Below are positions 19,376 through 29,495 of a stretch of 51,176 nucleotides of DNA, in pieces (position 1 is the first letter of the stretch; each line of letters opens with the position of its first letter). The notes beneath the pieces were generated by a model. The model made no database searches. It was not told where the DNA came from and saw only the letters and a program-made list of their open reading frames with translations. A program made the position numbers and the translations under genes. The DNA is from Candidatus Nomurabacteria bacterium RIFCSPLOWO2_12_FULL_40_42. Lineage in GTDB: Bacteria; Patescibacteriota; Minisyncoccia; Phycocordibacterales; UBA9973. Where the stretch lies: assembly GCA_001786195.1 (NCBI GenBank), contig MFVS01000024.1:1-51176 (forward strand), written 5' to 3'.

Positions 19376-19855
19376 ATGAAAATATTTATTGGAACAGATC
19401 ATGCGGGGTATGTGCTCAAGGAAAAGCTTGTCTCCACTTTGAAGGGAGAGGGATATGAAGTTGTTGATAGGGGCGCCTTTGAATATGATGAGCATGACGA
19501 TTATCCGGACTTTGTGATTCCGGTAGCCGAAGAGGTCTCCAAAGACCCAGAAAATGTGAAGGGCATTATAATCGGAGCGACGGGGCAGGGCGAAGCTATA
19601 GCCGCGAATAAATTTTCGAATGTGCGGGCTATGGTTTATTACGGTAAGACGCCAGTCGTGGTGGACGATGAAGCGGATATCATAGTCCGTTCGCGTGAAC
19701 ACAACAATTCTAATGTTTTATCTTTAGGAGCCCGCTTTTTGACCGAAGAGGCAATGATGATGGCGGTAGATGAGTGGCTCAAGACCCCGTATTCCGGTTC
19801 GGAAAGGCACGTTCGCAGGTTGGCCAAGATAGACAATATTAAATTGCAAAAATAA
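19376..19855 (+). CDS. rpiB: Ribose-5-phosphate isomerase B
   Basis: DHAG, DDYPD, G.GE.IAANK, REHNNSN, RH.RR. Confidence 0.93.
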   Translation: MKIFIGTDHAGYVLKEKLVSTLKGEGYEVVDRGAFEYDEHDDYPDFVIPVAEEVSKDPENVKGIIIGATGQGEAIAANKFSNVRAMVYYGKTPVVVDDEADIIVRSREHNNSNVLSLGARFLTEEAMMMAVDEWLKTPYSGSERHVRRLAKIDNIKLQK

Positions 19856-20667
19856 TGGAAAATAAATCAGAATTCTTAAAAGTAGCGATAAAAGCGGCGC
19901 TCGAGGCAGGAAAGATTCTGGAAAAATATTTTGAGACGGAGATATTGAAAGAATTTAAAGAAGATACCAGCATTGTTACTTTGGCTGATAGAGAATCCGA
20001 AGAAGTAATAAAAAAAATAATACTAAATGCCTTTCCTACTCATTCAATTTTAGGTGAAGAGATGGGTATGGCGGGTCAAGAAAGTGACTATGTATGGCAT
20101 GTTGATCCTGTCGATGGCACAAGAAATTTTGTTAATGGTATTCCTATTTTTGCGGTTTCTATTGCTCTTGTATATCAGGATAAAGTAATTATAGGTGTGG
20201 TTTATAATCCTGTTGCTCGCTCTCTTTTTTATGCATCCAAGGGAAAAGGAGCGTATTTAAATAATAAAAGAATATTTGTTTCAAAAGATGATAAAGATCG
20301 TGCTATTATCACAGTATCTCCTGGAAAGTTGGATGTAGAGAAAAAACTTTTTCTGGAACTTTTTCATGATTTACCCAACATTATTCGTTCGACGAGAAAT
20401 TTGGGGTGTACTGCCCTTGAACTCTCATATATAGCTCGTGGCGGAATAGAGGCAAATATTCAGCTTGGGTGGTCATATACTTACGACTTTGCTGCAGGGA
20501 CTTTGTTAGTGCAAGAAGCAGGAGGTACAATAACAATGCTTGATGGCAGTCCTTGGAAATTTCCCGAACACCACTTCATCTCTTCCAATGGTGTTTTTCA
20601 TAACTTACTCGTCGAGGAAGTTAAAAAACAAAAAGCGAAGTTGAATATCAAACAAAGCTATGAGTGA
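19855..20667 (+). CDS. Inositol monophosphatase/FBPase family protein
   Basis: GEE, VDPVDGTRNF, DFAAG.L.V.EAGG. Confidence 0.9.
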   Translation: MENKSEFLKVAIKAALEAGKILEKYFETEILKEFKEDTSIVTLADRESEEVIKKIILNAFPTHSILGEEMGMAGQESDYVWHVDPVDGTRNFVNGIPIFAVSIALVYQDKVIIGVVYNPVARSLFYASKGKGAYLNNKRIFVSKDDKDRAIITVSPGKLDVEKKLFLELFHDLPNIIRSTRNLGCTALELSYIARGGIEANIQLGWSYTYDFAAGTLLVQEAGGTITMLDGSPWKFPEHHFISSNGVFHNLLVEEVKKQKAKLNIKQSYE

Positions 20668-21367
20668 AATAATTCCGGCAATTTTGGAAAAAAATTTTAA
20701 CGAAATAAAAAACAAGCTGACATCTTTACGTGAGCATGTAAAATGCGTGCATATAGACATTTGCGACGGTGTATTGACGTCTAGCGTCACCTGGCCATAT
20801 GGCGGAGGTCAATTGGGTGGTTTTGAAGACTCGGATTTCAAAAAAATTATAAGTGAAGAAGAAGGAATGCCGTTTTGGGACGATTTTGATTTTGAATTTG
20901 ATTTGATGGTCGCTGATGCGGTGGAGAATTTTGATTTGTATATGAAATTGGGGCCGAGAAGAATGATTTTTCATCCAGATTTGGGAGGGAATATCGAAGA
21001 CTTTGAACAGTTCTTTGAAGGTTTGGATGTGTATATCAGAGATAATGTGGAAATTGGGCTTGCTTTCAAGCCGAGCGATGATTTGTCGATGGTGTCTAGA
21101 CTTTCACACAAAGTTGATTTCTTGCACTGCATGGGTTCGGATAAGATAGGATTTCAAGGTGAAAAGTTTTCCGACCAAGCCTTAGAAAACATAAAACTTC
21201 TTAAAAAAAATCTGCCAGGAATTGTAATATCCGTGGATATTGGTATTAATCTGCAGAATGCAGAAAGTATTGTAGTGGCCGGCGCAGACCGGCTCACCGT
21301 GGGTTCTAGTATCTGGAAGAGCGGAGACCCTATCGGTGTACTACAAAGCTTCCAAAGTTTGGTATAA
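20660..21367 (+). CDS. rpe: Ribulose-phosphate 3-epimerase (divergent)
   Basis: HIDICDG, GFQG.KF, VD.GIN, GAD.L.VGS; pentose-phosphate context. Confidence 0.85.
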   Translation: MSEIIPAILEKNFNEIKNKLTSLREHVKCVHIDICDGVLTSSVTWPYGGGQLGGFEDSDFKKIISEEEGMPFWDDFDFEFDLMVADAVENFDLYMKLGPRRMIFHPDLGGNIEDFEQFFEGLDVYIRDNVEIGLAFKPSDDLSMVSRLSHKVDFLHCMGSDKIGFQGEKFSDQALENIKLLKKNLPGIVISVDIGINLQNAESIVVAGADRLTVGSSIWKSGDPIGVLQSFQSLV

Positions 21368-21374
21368 TGAAGCT

Positions 21375-22238
21375 GTGCTTTTAACTGAAGAAAAAATAAA
21401 AGAGCTAGAAATAAAAGCGAACGAGATTCGCAAAAGTATTATTGAGATGTTGCTCGTTGCGGGGAGCGGGCACACGGCGGGGCCCTTGGGCATGGCGGAT
21501 ATTTTTACGCTTTTTTATTTCCACATTTTAAAACTTGATCCCAAGAAGCCGGATTGGGAAGAGCGCGACAGACTCGTGCTTAGTAACGGACACATCTGTC
21601 CAGTTTTGTATGCAACGATGGCCCACGCTGGATATTTTCCATTAGAAGAACTGAAGACTTTGCGCAAATTTGGTACCCGACTCCAAGGACATCCGCATCG
21701 GGAGTATTTACCATATCTCGAAACTTCTTCCGGGCCGCTTGGCCTTGGGCTTTCGCAGGCGACGGGCATGGCTTTGGCAGACCGGATGGACGGCAAAGAC
21801 AAAGATCGATTTATTTATTGTTTCATGTCGGATGGAGAACATGATGAAGGCAATACTTGGGAAGCGATTATGTTGGCGGGAAAAAATAAATTGCGGAATT
21901 TAATTGCGGTTGTTGACCGAAATAATATTCAGATCGATGGCTTTACCGAAAATATCATGCCGCTCGAGCCGCTGGTAGACAAATGGCGGGCTTTTAACTG
22001 GCATGTGGTTGAGGTCGGCGGGCATGATTTTAGAACGCTCAATGAAGCAGTCGAAGAAGCGCAAGCGATATATGAAAAACCTACGGTCATTATCTCGCAC
22101 AATATTCCAGGCAAGGGCGTGCACGAGTTTGAAAGGGATTATAAGTGGCATGGCAAACCTCCAAATAAAGAAGAAGCCAAGATGGCACTTCACGAATTGC
22201 GAACACTTGGTGGCAAGATTCGAAGCGAGCATCAATAA
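21375..22238 (+). CDS. Transketolase, N-terminal (TPP-binding) subunit
   Basis: SGH, DRLVLSNGH, LQGHP, SDGEHDEG..WE; start set at GTG 21375 after TGgTATAAT. Confidence 0.93.
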   Translation: MLLTEEKIKELEIKANEIRKSIIEMLLVAGSGHTAGPLGMADIFTLFYFHILKLDPKKPDWEERDRLVLSNGHICPVLYATMAHAGYFPLEELKTLRKFGTRLQGHPHREYLPYLETSSGPLGLGLSQATGMALADRMDGKDKDRFIYCFMSDGEHDEGNTWEAIMLAGKNKLRNLIAVVDRNNIQIDGFTENIMPLEPLVDKWRAFNWHVVEVGGHDFRTLNEAVEEAQAIYEKPTVIISHNIPGKGVHEFERDYKWHGKPPNKEEAKMALHELRTLGGKIRSEHQ

Positions 22239-22248
22239 ATTTAAATAT

Positions 22249-22770
22249 ATGAAAGAAAATATATTTGAAACAATAAAAAAATTGGACAATAATGGCAAAG
22301 AATATTGGTCATCTCGTGAACTCTCAGAAATTTTAGAGTATGCTGATTACAGAAAATTTTTAGGAGTTATTGAAAAGGCTAAAATAGCTTGCGAAAATAG
22401 TGGAGAAGTTATCCACAACCATTTTGTCCATACCGACGAAATGGTTCCAATTGGATCTGGCGCGGAAAGACCTGTGGATACCATATATCTTTCTCGCTAC
22501 GCTTGTTATCTAATTGTTCAAAATTCAGATCCCACTAAGGTTGTAGTTGCAAAAGGTCAAACTTACTTTGCCATTCAAACACGAAGACAAGAAAACGCAG
22601 AAAATATTAAAGGTGAAGGAAACGCAAATCTAGCACATTTTAATGTAGGTCAAAAAGTAAGAAATACAATTGTAAGCCTTGGTGGTACAATGCCGGAAGA
22701 GCTTCCTACTCCTGACGCTATCGGCAAAGCGGAGACAAGGATAAGAAGTTCAAAGAAGATAAAAAAATAA
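22249..22770 (+). CDS. dinD: Second DinD-like (BRO-N) protein, apparently internally shortened
   Basis: YWSSRELSEILEY, LSRYACYLIVQN.DP.K, YFAIQTRRQE, GGTMPEELPTP; start set at ATG 22249. Confidence 0.75.
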   Translation: MKENIFETIKKLDNNGKEYWSSRELSEILEYADYRKFLGVIEKAKIACENSGEVIHNHFVHTDEMVPIGSGAERPVDTIYLSRYACYLIVQNSDPTKVVVAKGQTYFAIQTRRQENAENIKGEGNANLAHFNVGQKVRNTIVSLGGTMPEELPTPDAIGKAETRIRSSKKIKK

Positions 22771-22783
22771 AAAATTAAAATTT

Positions 22784-23791
22784 ATGTTAAATCCCAAATT
22801 AAAACTAAACCCTAAAATATTCAATGCAGATTGTGAGCAAGTGCCAATCCGAAAAGGTTTCGGTGAAGGGTTGCTCCGGGCGGGGGAGTTGGATAAAAAC
22901 GTGGTCGCCTTATGCGCAGATTTGACGGAGTCTACCCAAATGATTTTTTTTAAAGAAAAGTTTCCGGAGCGTTTTGTGGAAATTGGGGTGGCGGAGCAAA
23001 ATTTGGCTACAGTTGCTTCTGGTATGGCGGCCATGGGCAAAATTTCTTTTATCTCGAGCTATGCAATGTTCAGCCCTGGGCGCAATTGGGAGCAGATCCG
23101 GACGACTATCGCCTACAATGATCGCAAAGTGGTGGTCGTGGGTTCGCACGGTGGAATCTCAGTGGGGGCTGACGGTGGGACGCATCAGGCGCTGGAAGAT
23201 ATCGCTTTGATGCGGGTAATTCCAAATATGGATGTGGTGAGTCCTTGCGACAGCATCGAAGCGAAAAAGGCGACGCTGGCTTTGGGAACGAGTAAGAGAC
23301 CAGCATATCTCCGCCTTGCGCGGGACAAAACCCCGATCATCACTACCGAAGAAACTCCTTTTGCGCTCGGCAAAGCGGAAATTTATTGGCTGCCGGAGGT
23401 AGGGCTGGCCCAAGTGGGCATCATCGCAACCGGGTCTCTGATGCATCGCGCGCTTCTCGCGGCCAAAGAATTGGAATCCGGAGAAGAATCACAGCGAATC
23501 AAAACAAAAGTTATGAATCTCTCGGGCATCAAGCCCATAGATAAAAATGCCATCATAACTCTTGCCAGAGAGACCAAAAGAATCGTGACTGTCGAAGAGC
23601 ACCAAGTAGCCGGCGGCATGGGTTCGGCCGTAGCCGAAATTCTCGCGCAAAATTTTCCGGTGCCCATCGAATTCATCGGCGTGCAAGATAAATTTGGACA
23701 AAGTGGCACACCAGATGAGCTCGTGGAGCATTATGGTATGGGCGTTCAATTCGTCAAAGAGGCGGTGAAAAAAGTTCTGGGGAGGAAATGA
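22784..23791 (+). CDS. Transketolase, C-terminal subunit
   Basis: ADL..ST, GVAEQN, DGGTHQ, EEHQ..GG.GS. Confidence 0.93.
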   Translation: MLNPKLKLNPKIFNADCEQVPIRKGFGEGLLRAGELDKNVVALCADLTESTQMIFFKEKFPERFVEIGVAEQNLATVASGMAAMGKISFISSYAMFSPGRNWEQIRTTIAYNDRKVVVVGSHGGISVGADGGTHQALEDIALMRVIPNMDVVSPCDSIEAKKATLALGTSKRPAYLRLARDKTPIITTEETPFALGKAEIYWLPEVGLAQVGIIATGSLMHRALLAAKELESGEESQRIKTKVMNLSGIKPIDKNAIITLARETKRIVTVEEHQVAGGMGSAVAEILAQNFPVPIEFIGVQDKFGQSGTPDELVEHYGMGVQFVKEAVKKVLGRK

Positions 23792-23819
23792 GAATCGAGG
23801 GGAACGACATCCATAGTAT

Positions 23820-24218
23820 TTACAAATTTTCCTCTTTTTTAATTTTGTTCTTAATGTCTCTGATTTTTTGCTTGTAGTCCCCGATAATTTTCAAAAATTT
23901 AGAAATTTCTTTATTTTGGCTGTTTGTATTATTTTCTTGGATTTTATTTTTTACTTTAGTTTTCATGTCCTGGTATTTGTCTTTCAGAAAATTAGTGGAC
24001 TTCACATAAAATCGCAGGCTAGTCACTAGCCCGGTGTATCCGTGCTTTCGCATATTTTTCACCATTAGGTGCTTGATTTCTTTCAAGAAAGGAACTTCGA
24101 ACAAGACTTCTTCATGATCTACAATCTGATCATGCTCCATGATGACCAACTTTCTACTGATCATAAGGATAATGGCAGTGAGCGACGCAAAGAATAAAAT
24201 TAATAAAAAATACATCAT
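23820..24218 (-). CDS. Hypothetical protein with N-terminal TM anchor
   Basis: Hydrophobic N-terminus, basic C-terminus; co-oriented downstream of tsf. Confidence 0.7.
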   Translation of the reverse strand: MMYFLLILFFASLTAIILMISRKLVIMEHDQIVDHEEVLFEVPFLKEIKHLMVKNMRKHGYTGLVTSLRFYVKSTNFLKDKYQDMKTKVKNKIQENNTNSQNKEISKFLKIIGDYKQKIRDIKNKIKKEENL

Positions 24219-24228
24219 CGTTTTATTT

Positions 24229-25035
24229 TTAAACTGAACACTGCCTTATCTCCTTTATCTTGGCCTTATTTTTTTGGAGAAGATGGCCCACGGTTTCTCC
24301 AGAATCCTTGATGAATGCCTGCTCCGAGAGCGTCTTTTCTTTGAAGTAAGTTCCTATCTTGCCATCCAGTATTTTCTTTTTTATTTCTTCCGGCTTGTCG
24401 ATGAGAGCAATTTCTTTCTGAAAAACTTCGGTGATTGTTTGCTTGGTGTCGGGAGTTATTTCCTCGCTAGTTATATATTCCGGTTTCATGGCGGCAATAT
24501 GCATGGCTATATCGCGGGCCAGCTCCGCGCTACCTCCTTCCAAACTCGTGATCACCGCGATCTTGTTATTATGTACATAACTTCCCAGATAACCTTTGTC
24601 TTTGTTTGATACTTCATAGGCGTCTCCGAGCTGAATATTTTCTCCAGTTTTTTGGATGATAGGATCGATCAGATCTTTGGCCAAAACTTTCATCTTCTCT
24701 AACCCCTTCGAAAGTGCAATATCGGCGAGTTTGCCGAGGAGAGTGGTAAAGTCCTCATTTCTAGCAACAAAATCCGTCTCACACAAAAGAGAAACTAAGA
24801 CCGCTTTTTTGCCTGCCTGCGCAGGCAGGTCTTTTAGCTTGATCGTTACCGCGCCGTCTTTAACCTCGCGGCTGCCTTTTTTGAGCGCAATGTCCGAGCT
24901 GGTCTTTTTCAAGATTGCTAGCGCTTTTTTCATATCGCCTTCGGCCTCTTCCAGAGCGTGTTTGCACTGCATTACCGAAATACCAGTGGCATCCCTTAAT
25001 TCTTTGATTATCTCGGTTGTTATGGAAAGTGGCAT
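24229..25035 (-). CDS. tsf: Translation elongation factor Ts
   Basis: IKELRDATG....CK.AL, CETDFVARN, IAMHIAA; follows rpsB. Confidence 0.96.
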   Translation of the reverse strand: MPLSITTEIIKELRDATGISVMQCKHALEEAEGDMKKALAILKKTSSDIALKKGSREVKDGAVTIKLKDLPAQAGKKAVLVSLLCETDFVARNEDFTTLLGKLADIALSKGLEKMKVLAKDLIDPIIQKTGENIQLGDAYEVSNKDKGYLGSYVHNNKIAVITSLEGGSAELARDIAMHIAAMKPEYITSEEITPDTKQTITEVFQKEIALIDKPEEIKKKILDGKIGTYFKEKTLSEQAFIKDSGETVGHLLQKNKAKIKEIRQCSV

Positions 25036-25036
25036 A

Positions 25037-25759
25037 TTATTCTTTGATCGGGACGACCACAGTTCCGCTTTTGTAAGCGCTTGCTATGGTCTCTCCGAAG
25101 AACTTTATCGAAGGAATGCTGGAATCATTGCCGATAATAGGGTACTCAATGCCTTTAATGTTTGAATCTGAATTGATCAGAGAAATTATCGGCACATTTG
25201 ATTTTTGAGTTTCGGTAGCGGCAATATGTTCGCCCCTGGCGTCAATAATAAACAGCGCGTCCGGAGCTTTTTTCAAGCCAATCAGCCCGGAATAATATCT
25301 TTCAAGTTTTTCCATTTTTTTCGCCATTACCACTCGTTCTTTTTTGGTATACTTATCAAGATTGCCTTCCGCGCTATCTTTGCGATAATTTTCCAACTCC
25401 ATGATTCTTTTTTTTATTTCAGTAAAATTACTCAAAGTGCCTCCAATCCAGCGCTCAGCAACATAAGGCATATTTAAAGATTCGGCTATGTTTTTAGTTA
25501 TATTTTTGGCTTCGGGCTTAGTGCCGACGAAAAGTATAATTTTACCAGCGGCACCCAAACTTTTGGCAAATTCGGACGCTCTCTCCAGCATCTTGCTCGT
25601 TTTTTCCAAATCAATTATATCTGTTTTATTTTTGGTGGCGTATATATATTTTGACAGACTTGGGTGCCTTCGCGTTTTCGAATAACCATAATGCGCTCCG
25701 ACTTTGAACATTTTTTCAATAATGGTGTCCGAAATTTCAATATCTTTTATTTTTGGCAT
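25037..25759 (-). CDS. rpsB: 30S ribosomal protein S2
   Basis: GAHYG, IIDL.KT, FVGTK, RWIGGTLSN. Confidence 0.96.
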   Translation of the reverse strand: MPKIKDIEISDTIIEKMFKVGAHYGYSKTRRHPSLSKYIYATKNKTDIIDLEKTSKMLERASEFAKSLGAAGKIILFVGTKPEAKNITKNIAESLNMPYVAERWIGGTLSNFTEIKKRIMELENYRKDSAEGNLDKYTKKERVVMAKKMEKLERYYSGLIGLKKAPDALFIIDARGEHIAATETQKSNVPIISLINSDSNIKGIEYPIIGNDSSIPSIKFFGETIASAYKSGTVVVPIKE

Positions 25760-25838
25760 GCAAGCAGTATAGCAGAGACTTACCCACTTTGCAAATTAAT
25801 GTCTTGTTCAATTTAGGGATTAATATTTTTATAGCATC

Positions 25839-26708
25839 TTATGTATAAACAAGTCGTATTTCCCCTAATTCTTCCTTGATCAGTCCTTTGATTTCCATTA
25901 TCGTAAGCATTGCATTAGCGGCTGGAATAGGAAGTTTCATGGTGCGAATCAGATCGTCGCGAAATATTGGTTCGCGCAACAACTCAGTAATTTTTTTTTC
26001 TTCTGGTGACAAATCTGCAAAAAGCCTGGCTTGTTTTTCTTCGTCTTTTGGCAATTCAAAACCAAGCGCCTCCAATACATCTTCCGAGCAAGTGATGGGA
26101 GTGGCGCCCTGCCTCAATAATCTATTTGTGCCTTTAGAATTTGAAGAAAAAATTGACCCTGGCACTGCTAGTAAATCACGATTGTACTCTGTGGTCAGTC
26201 GTGCGGTGATAAGTGTGCCGGACTTTTCTTCGGCTTCAATTATGAGCACCGCTTTCGAAATACCTGCCATCAATCTATTTCGCATCGGGAAGCTCCACTG
26301 GGTCGCTTTGAAATCAGGTTCAAATTCTGAAATTAAACAGCCGCCGGAATCTACGATTTCTTGCATCAACCGCACATTGGTTTTTGGATACATTGCAGAA
26401 GCAGAGAGTCCTGAGCCGGGAAAGACAATCGTTTTCATTCCTATTTGCATCGCCTTCTTGTGAGCGATCGTGTCTATACCCATGGCAAAACCAGAGACTA
26501 TTACTATCGGATATCCTTTTAAGCCAGTAATTATTTTTTCACACGCTTCTTTTCCGTATGAAGTAAATTTTCTCGATCCCACCACGCATAGATAAATTAA
26601 ATTTTCGTTGCTTGGCAAATCGCCGATGATCCAAAGGTCTTCCGGGGGTTGAGGGATTTCCAAAAGCGCTTTAGGAAATTTAGTTTTTGGTAATTTTTTA
26701 ATTTCCAT
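25839..26708 (-). CDS. dprA: DNA-processing protein DprA
   Basis: VVGSR..T.YG, VSG.A.GID..AH, FP.RNRLMAG, SGTLITA. Confidence 0.95.
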   Translation of the reverse strand: MEIKKLPKTKFPKALLEIPQPPEDLWIIGDLPSNENLIYLCVVGSRKFTSYGKEACEKIITGLKGYPIVIVSGFAMGIDTIAHKKAMQIGMKTIVFPGSGLSASAMYPKTNVRLMQEIVDSGGCLISEFEPDFKATQWSFPMRNRLMAGISKAVLIIEAEEKSGTLITARLTTEYNRDLLAVPGSIFSSNSKGTNRLLRQGATPITCSEDVLEALGFELPKDEEKQARLFADLSPEEKKITELLREPIFRDDLIRTMKLPIPAANAMLTIMEIKGLIKEELGEIRLVYT

Positions 26709-26722
26709 GATATGATTATAAC
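26709..26722. promoter_or_regulatory. Overlapping divergent -10 boxes for apparently leaderless dprA and serS
   Basis: Plus strand TATGAT-6nt-ATG(26723); minus strand TGtTATAAT-6nt-ATG(26708). Confidence 0.6.
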
Positions 26723-27997
26723 ATGTTAGACATAAAATTCATTCGGGATAATAAAGACATAGTCCAGGAAGGCGCCAAGAAAAAACGGGTGGAAGTGGAT
26801 ATTGGCCAGCTTATCGCTCTCGACGATGAACGCTTGAAACAGCTCAAAGAAATAGAGGACTTGCGGGCCGAAGTGAATCGAGTCTCAAATGACATCGCTC
26901 GCGACCAAGATTCGGCGCTTAAAATACAGCTGATCGAAGAAATGCGCGGGGTGAAAGAAGATATTAAGAACAAAGAAGAAAAATTAAAAAAAACAATCGA
27001 AGAGTGGCAAAAGATGATGCTCGCGGTGCCGAATGTCCCGGATATGACCGTGCCGGAAGGGAAAGGCGAGGAAGACAACAAAGAAATTCTGACGTGGGGT
27101 GAGAAACCGAAATTTGATTTCCCACCGAAGGACCATGTCGAGCTCATGACCGCACTCAAGATGGTGGATTTTGAAAGGGGTGTCAAAGTGCACGGCTTTC
27201 GAGGTTACTTTTTGCAAAATGACGGAGCGGAAATGAGTTGGGCAATTTGGAATTACGCCCGAGAATTTTTTCAAAAGAAAAAGTTTAGTAATTTTATCGC
27301 CCCGGCAATTGTCCACAAGCAGCATCTCTACGGCACGGGGCATCTGCCTGGCGGCGCTGAAGATATTTATCAGACGCAGGACGGGGATTATCTCTCCGGC
27401 ACCGCGGAGATACCGATGATGGGCTATCATAGTAATGAAATTATCCCGAGAGAAAAATTGCCGAAACGATATTTGGCATTTTCTCCGTGCTATAGAAGAG
27501 AAGCCGGCGCGCATTCCAAAGACACCAAGGGCCTTATCCGGGTGCAGGAATTTTATAAACTCGAACAGCTTATCCTCTGCGAAGCCAGCCACGAAGAGTC
27601 CGTCAAATATCACGAAGAAATAAATAAAAATTTTGAAGAATTTTTAGAATCACTTGGCATTCCGTACCGCCGGCTCGAAATCTGCACCGGAGATTTGAAA
27701 GCGGCCCATGTCAAAAGCTACGACACCGAAGCCTGGATCCCGTCGCAAAATCAATACCGCGAGCTCTCTAGCGCGTCCTATTATCACGATTTTCAAACTA
27801 GAAGATTTAACATCCGCTATAAAGACGCCGAAGGCAAGTCTCGTTTTGTGCATTCCCTAAATAGCACCGCCGTAGCGACTCCGAGGATCCTCGTAGCCAT
27901 TGTAGAAAACTATCAGCAAAAAGATGGCTCCATAAAAATTCCGGAAGTTTTACGAAAATACATGGGGGATAGGGAATTTATTAAAGGACTTGCATAA
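26723..27997 (+). CDS. serS: Serine--tRNA ligase
   Basis: MLDIKFIR, GTAE, YRREAG, GLIRV..F.K.E, H.LN.T. Confidence 0.96.
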   Translation: MLDIKFIRDNKDIVQEGAKKKRVEVDIGQLIALDDERLKQLKEIEDLRAEVNRVSNDIARDQDSALKIQLIEEMRGVKEDIKNKEEKLKKTIEEWQKMMLAVPNVPDMTVPEGKGEEDNKEILTWGEKPKFDFPPKDHVELMTALKMVDFERGVKVHGFRGYFLQNDGAEMSWAIWNYAREFFQKKKFSNFIAPAIVHKQHLYGTGHLPGGAEDIYQTQDGDYLSGTAEIPMMGYHSNEIIPREKLPKRYLAFSPCYRREAGAHSKDTKGLIRVQEFYKLEQLILCEASHEESVKYHEEINKNFEEFLESLGIPYRRLEICTGDLKAAHVKSYDTEAWIPSQNQYRELSSASYYHDFQTRRFNIRYKDAEGKSRFVHSLNSTAVATPRILVAIVENYQQKDGSIKIPEVLRKYMGDREFIKGLA

Positions 27998-28024
27998 AAG
28001 ATGAAAGTGTGAAATAATGAATTT

Positions 28025-28258
28025 ATGACAAAAGTTATCAACATTAATGAACGAGGTACACTGACATTACCTAAGGAAATGCGGCGTATTTTCGGTGGTA
28101 AGAGCCTTAATCAGGTAATTGCCGAAGAAACAAACGAAGGCATTTTGTTGCGTGTCGGAGCTACTTTCCCTGTGGAATTATATTCTGAAAAGCGGCTAGA
28201 AGAATTTCGTCAAAACAACGAAAAAGCTCTTTCTGGGTATCGCTTCAATAAGAAATGA
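28025..28258 (+). CDS. AbrB/MazE-type antitoxin
   Basis: INERGTLTLPKEMR; ATGA overlap with PIN gene. Confidence 0.82.
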   Translation: MTKVININERGTLTLPKEMRRIFGGKSLNQVIAEETNEGILLRVGATFPVELYSEKRLEEFRQNNEKALSGYRFNKK

Positions 28259-28653
28259 GAATTTTTCTAGATGCTAATATCCTTTTTTCAGCAGCCCAAT
28301 CGGGAAGCCGAATGAGTGATTTTTTGGATGTACTTTTTGATCAGGCGAATTGTCTGACGAATGTTTGTGCTGTGGAAGAAGTAAGACGCAATTTAGAATT
28401 AAAATCTCCGGAAGTCCTCTATCGTTTGGATGAGCTAGTCAAAAAATGCAAACTTATTTCCGCAATCGCTACTGATTTAAAAGTCGACTTATCCGCAAAA
28501 GATATTCCAATTCTCGGCGGAGCAATTGCTGGACAAGCGACACACCTTTTGACTGGTGATAAGCGAGATTTTGGTGTTTATTTCGGCAAAACAATTCAAG
28601 GAGTAAAAATTGTTTCGCCTATAATGCTGGTTAAGGAGTTGAAGTTGTCATAA
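28255..28653 (+). CDS. PIN-domain (VapC-like) toxin
   Basis: FLDANILFSA, KD.PIL..A, LLTGDKRDF. Confidence 0.88.
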   Translation: MRIFLDANILFSAAQSGSRMSDFLDVLFDQANCLTNVCAVEEVRRNLELKSPEVLYRLDELVKKCKLISAIATDLKVDLSAKDIPILGGAIAGQATHLLTGDKRDFGVYFGKTIQGVKIVSPIMLVKELKLS

Positions 28654-28679
28654 TACTTATTCATGTTACAGTTACTTAT

Positions 28680-29495
28680 ATGAAAGGTCGAAACATTTTA
28701 AATTCTCCACGGCTTTTGGAGTTAAAGAGAAAGAGGCGCCGGATTTTTTTCGGCAAGTTTTTGCTGGTTGTATTTTCTTTGGCGACTATTTTTGCTGGTT
28801 TGATTTATCTTTCTCGCCTGTCGGCTCTAAACATTAAGGAAGTAAAGATAATATCGAGCGGAGCGATAGATGCGCCCACAGTAAAAACTGCTGTCGAGAC
28901 AGAAATTACCGGAAATTATTTATGGTTTTTACCAAAAACTAATATTTTATTTTACCCGAAAAAGAAAATCGAAACAGAATTGTATCATAAATTTAAAAGG
29001 ATCAAGGACATAGACATATCTATCAAAGATCAAAAAATATTAGAAGTACAACTAACCGAGCGAGAAGCAACTTACCTCTGGTGCGAGGAACCCGAAAAAT
29101 GCTCTTTTATGGATAGTAGCGGCTATGTTTTCGACACGGTGCCGTATTTTTCCGGCAATGTGTATTTCAAATTTTTCGGGCCGCTCTCCGGAGACAATTT
29201 TGCTCCCGAAATTTTCGATAAAGTTATTGCTTTTAAAAATACGCTTCTAGACCTGGGTATCAAGCCGACGTCTCTTTACCTGGTGGGTGAAGACATTGAA
29301 ATTTATCTTTCTTCAAAATCCCCCTACTCTCCTAAAATAATATTTAAAAAAGATTTTAACTTGGAGGCAATTTCAGAAAACCTGCAAACTGCTTTGGATG
29401 CCGAACCCTTGAAATCAAATTTCAAAAATAAATATGCTTCACTAGAATATATCGACCTGCGATATGGAAATAAAGTTTACTATAAATTCAGATAA
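28680..29495 (+). CDS. FtsQ/DivIB-like cell division protein
   Basis: Basic N-terminus, single TM helix, POTRA-like region, C-terminal YIDLRYGNKVY. Confidence 0.75.
   Translation: MKGRNILNSPRLLELKRKRRRIFFGKFLLVVFSLATIFAGLIYLSRLSALNIKEVKIISSGAIDAPTVKTAVETEITGNYLWFLPKTNILFYPKKKIETELYHKFKRIKDIDISIKDQKILEVQLTEREATYLWCEEPEKCSFMDSSGYVFDTVPYFSGNVYFKFFGPLSGDNFAPEIFDKVIAFKNTLLDLGIKPTSLYLVGEDIEIYLSSKSPYSPKIIFKKDFNLEAISENLQTALDAEPLKSNFKNKYASLEYIDLRYGNKVYYKFR

Noticed and set aside
22003-22248. N-terminal extension of the second DinD ORF
   Set aside because: It overlaps the transketolase gene in another frame; DinD similarity begins at ATG 22249
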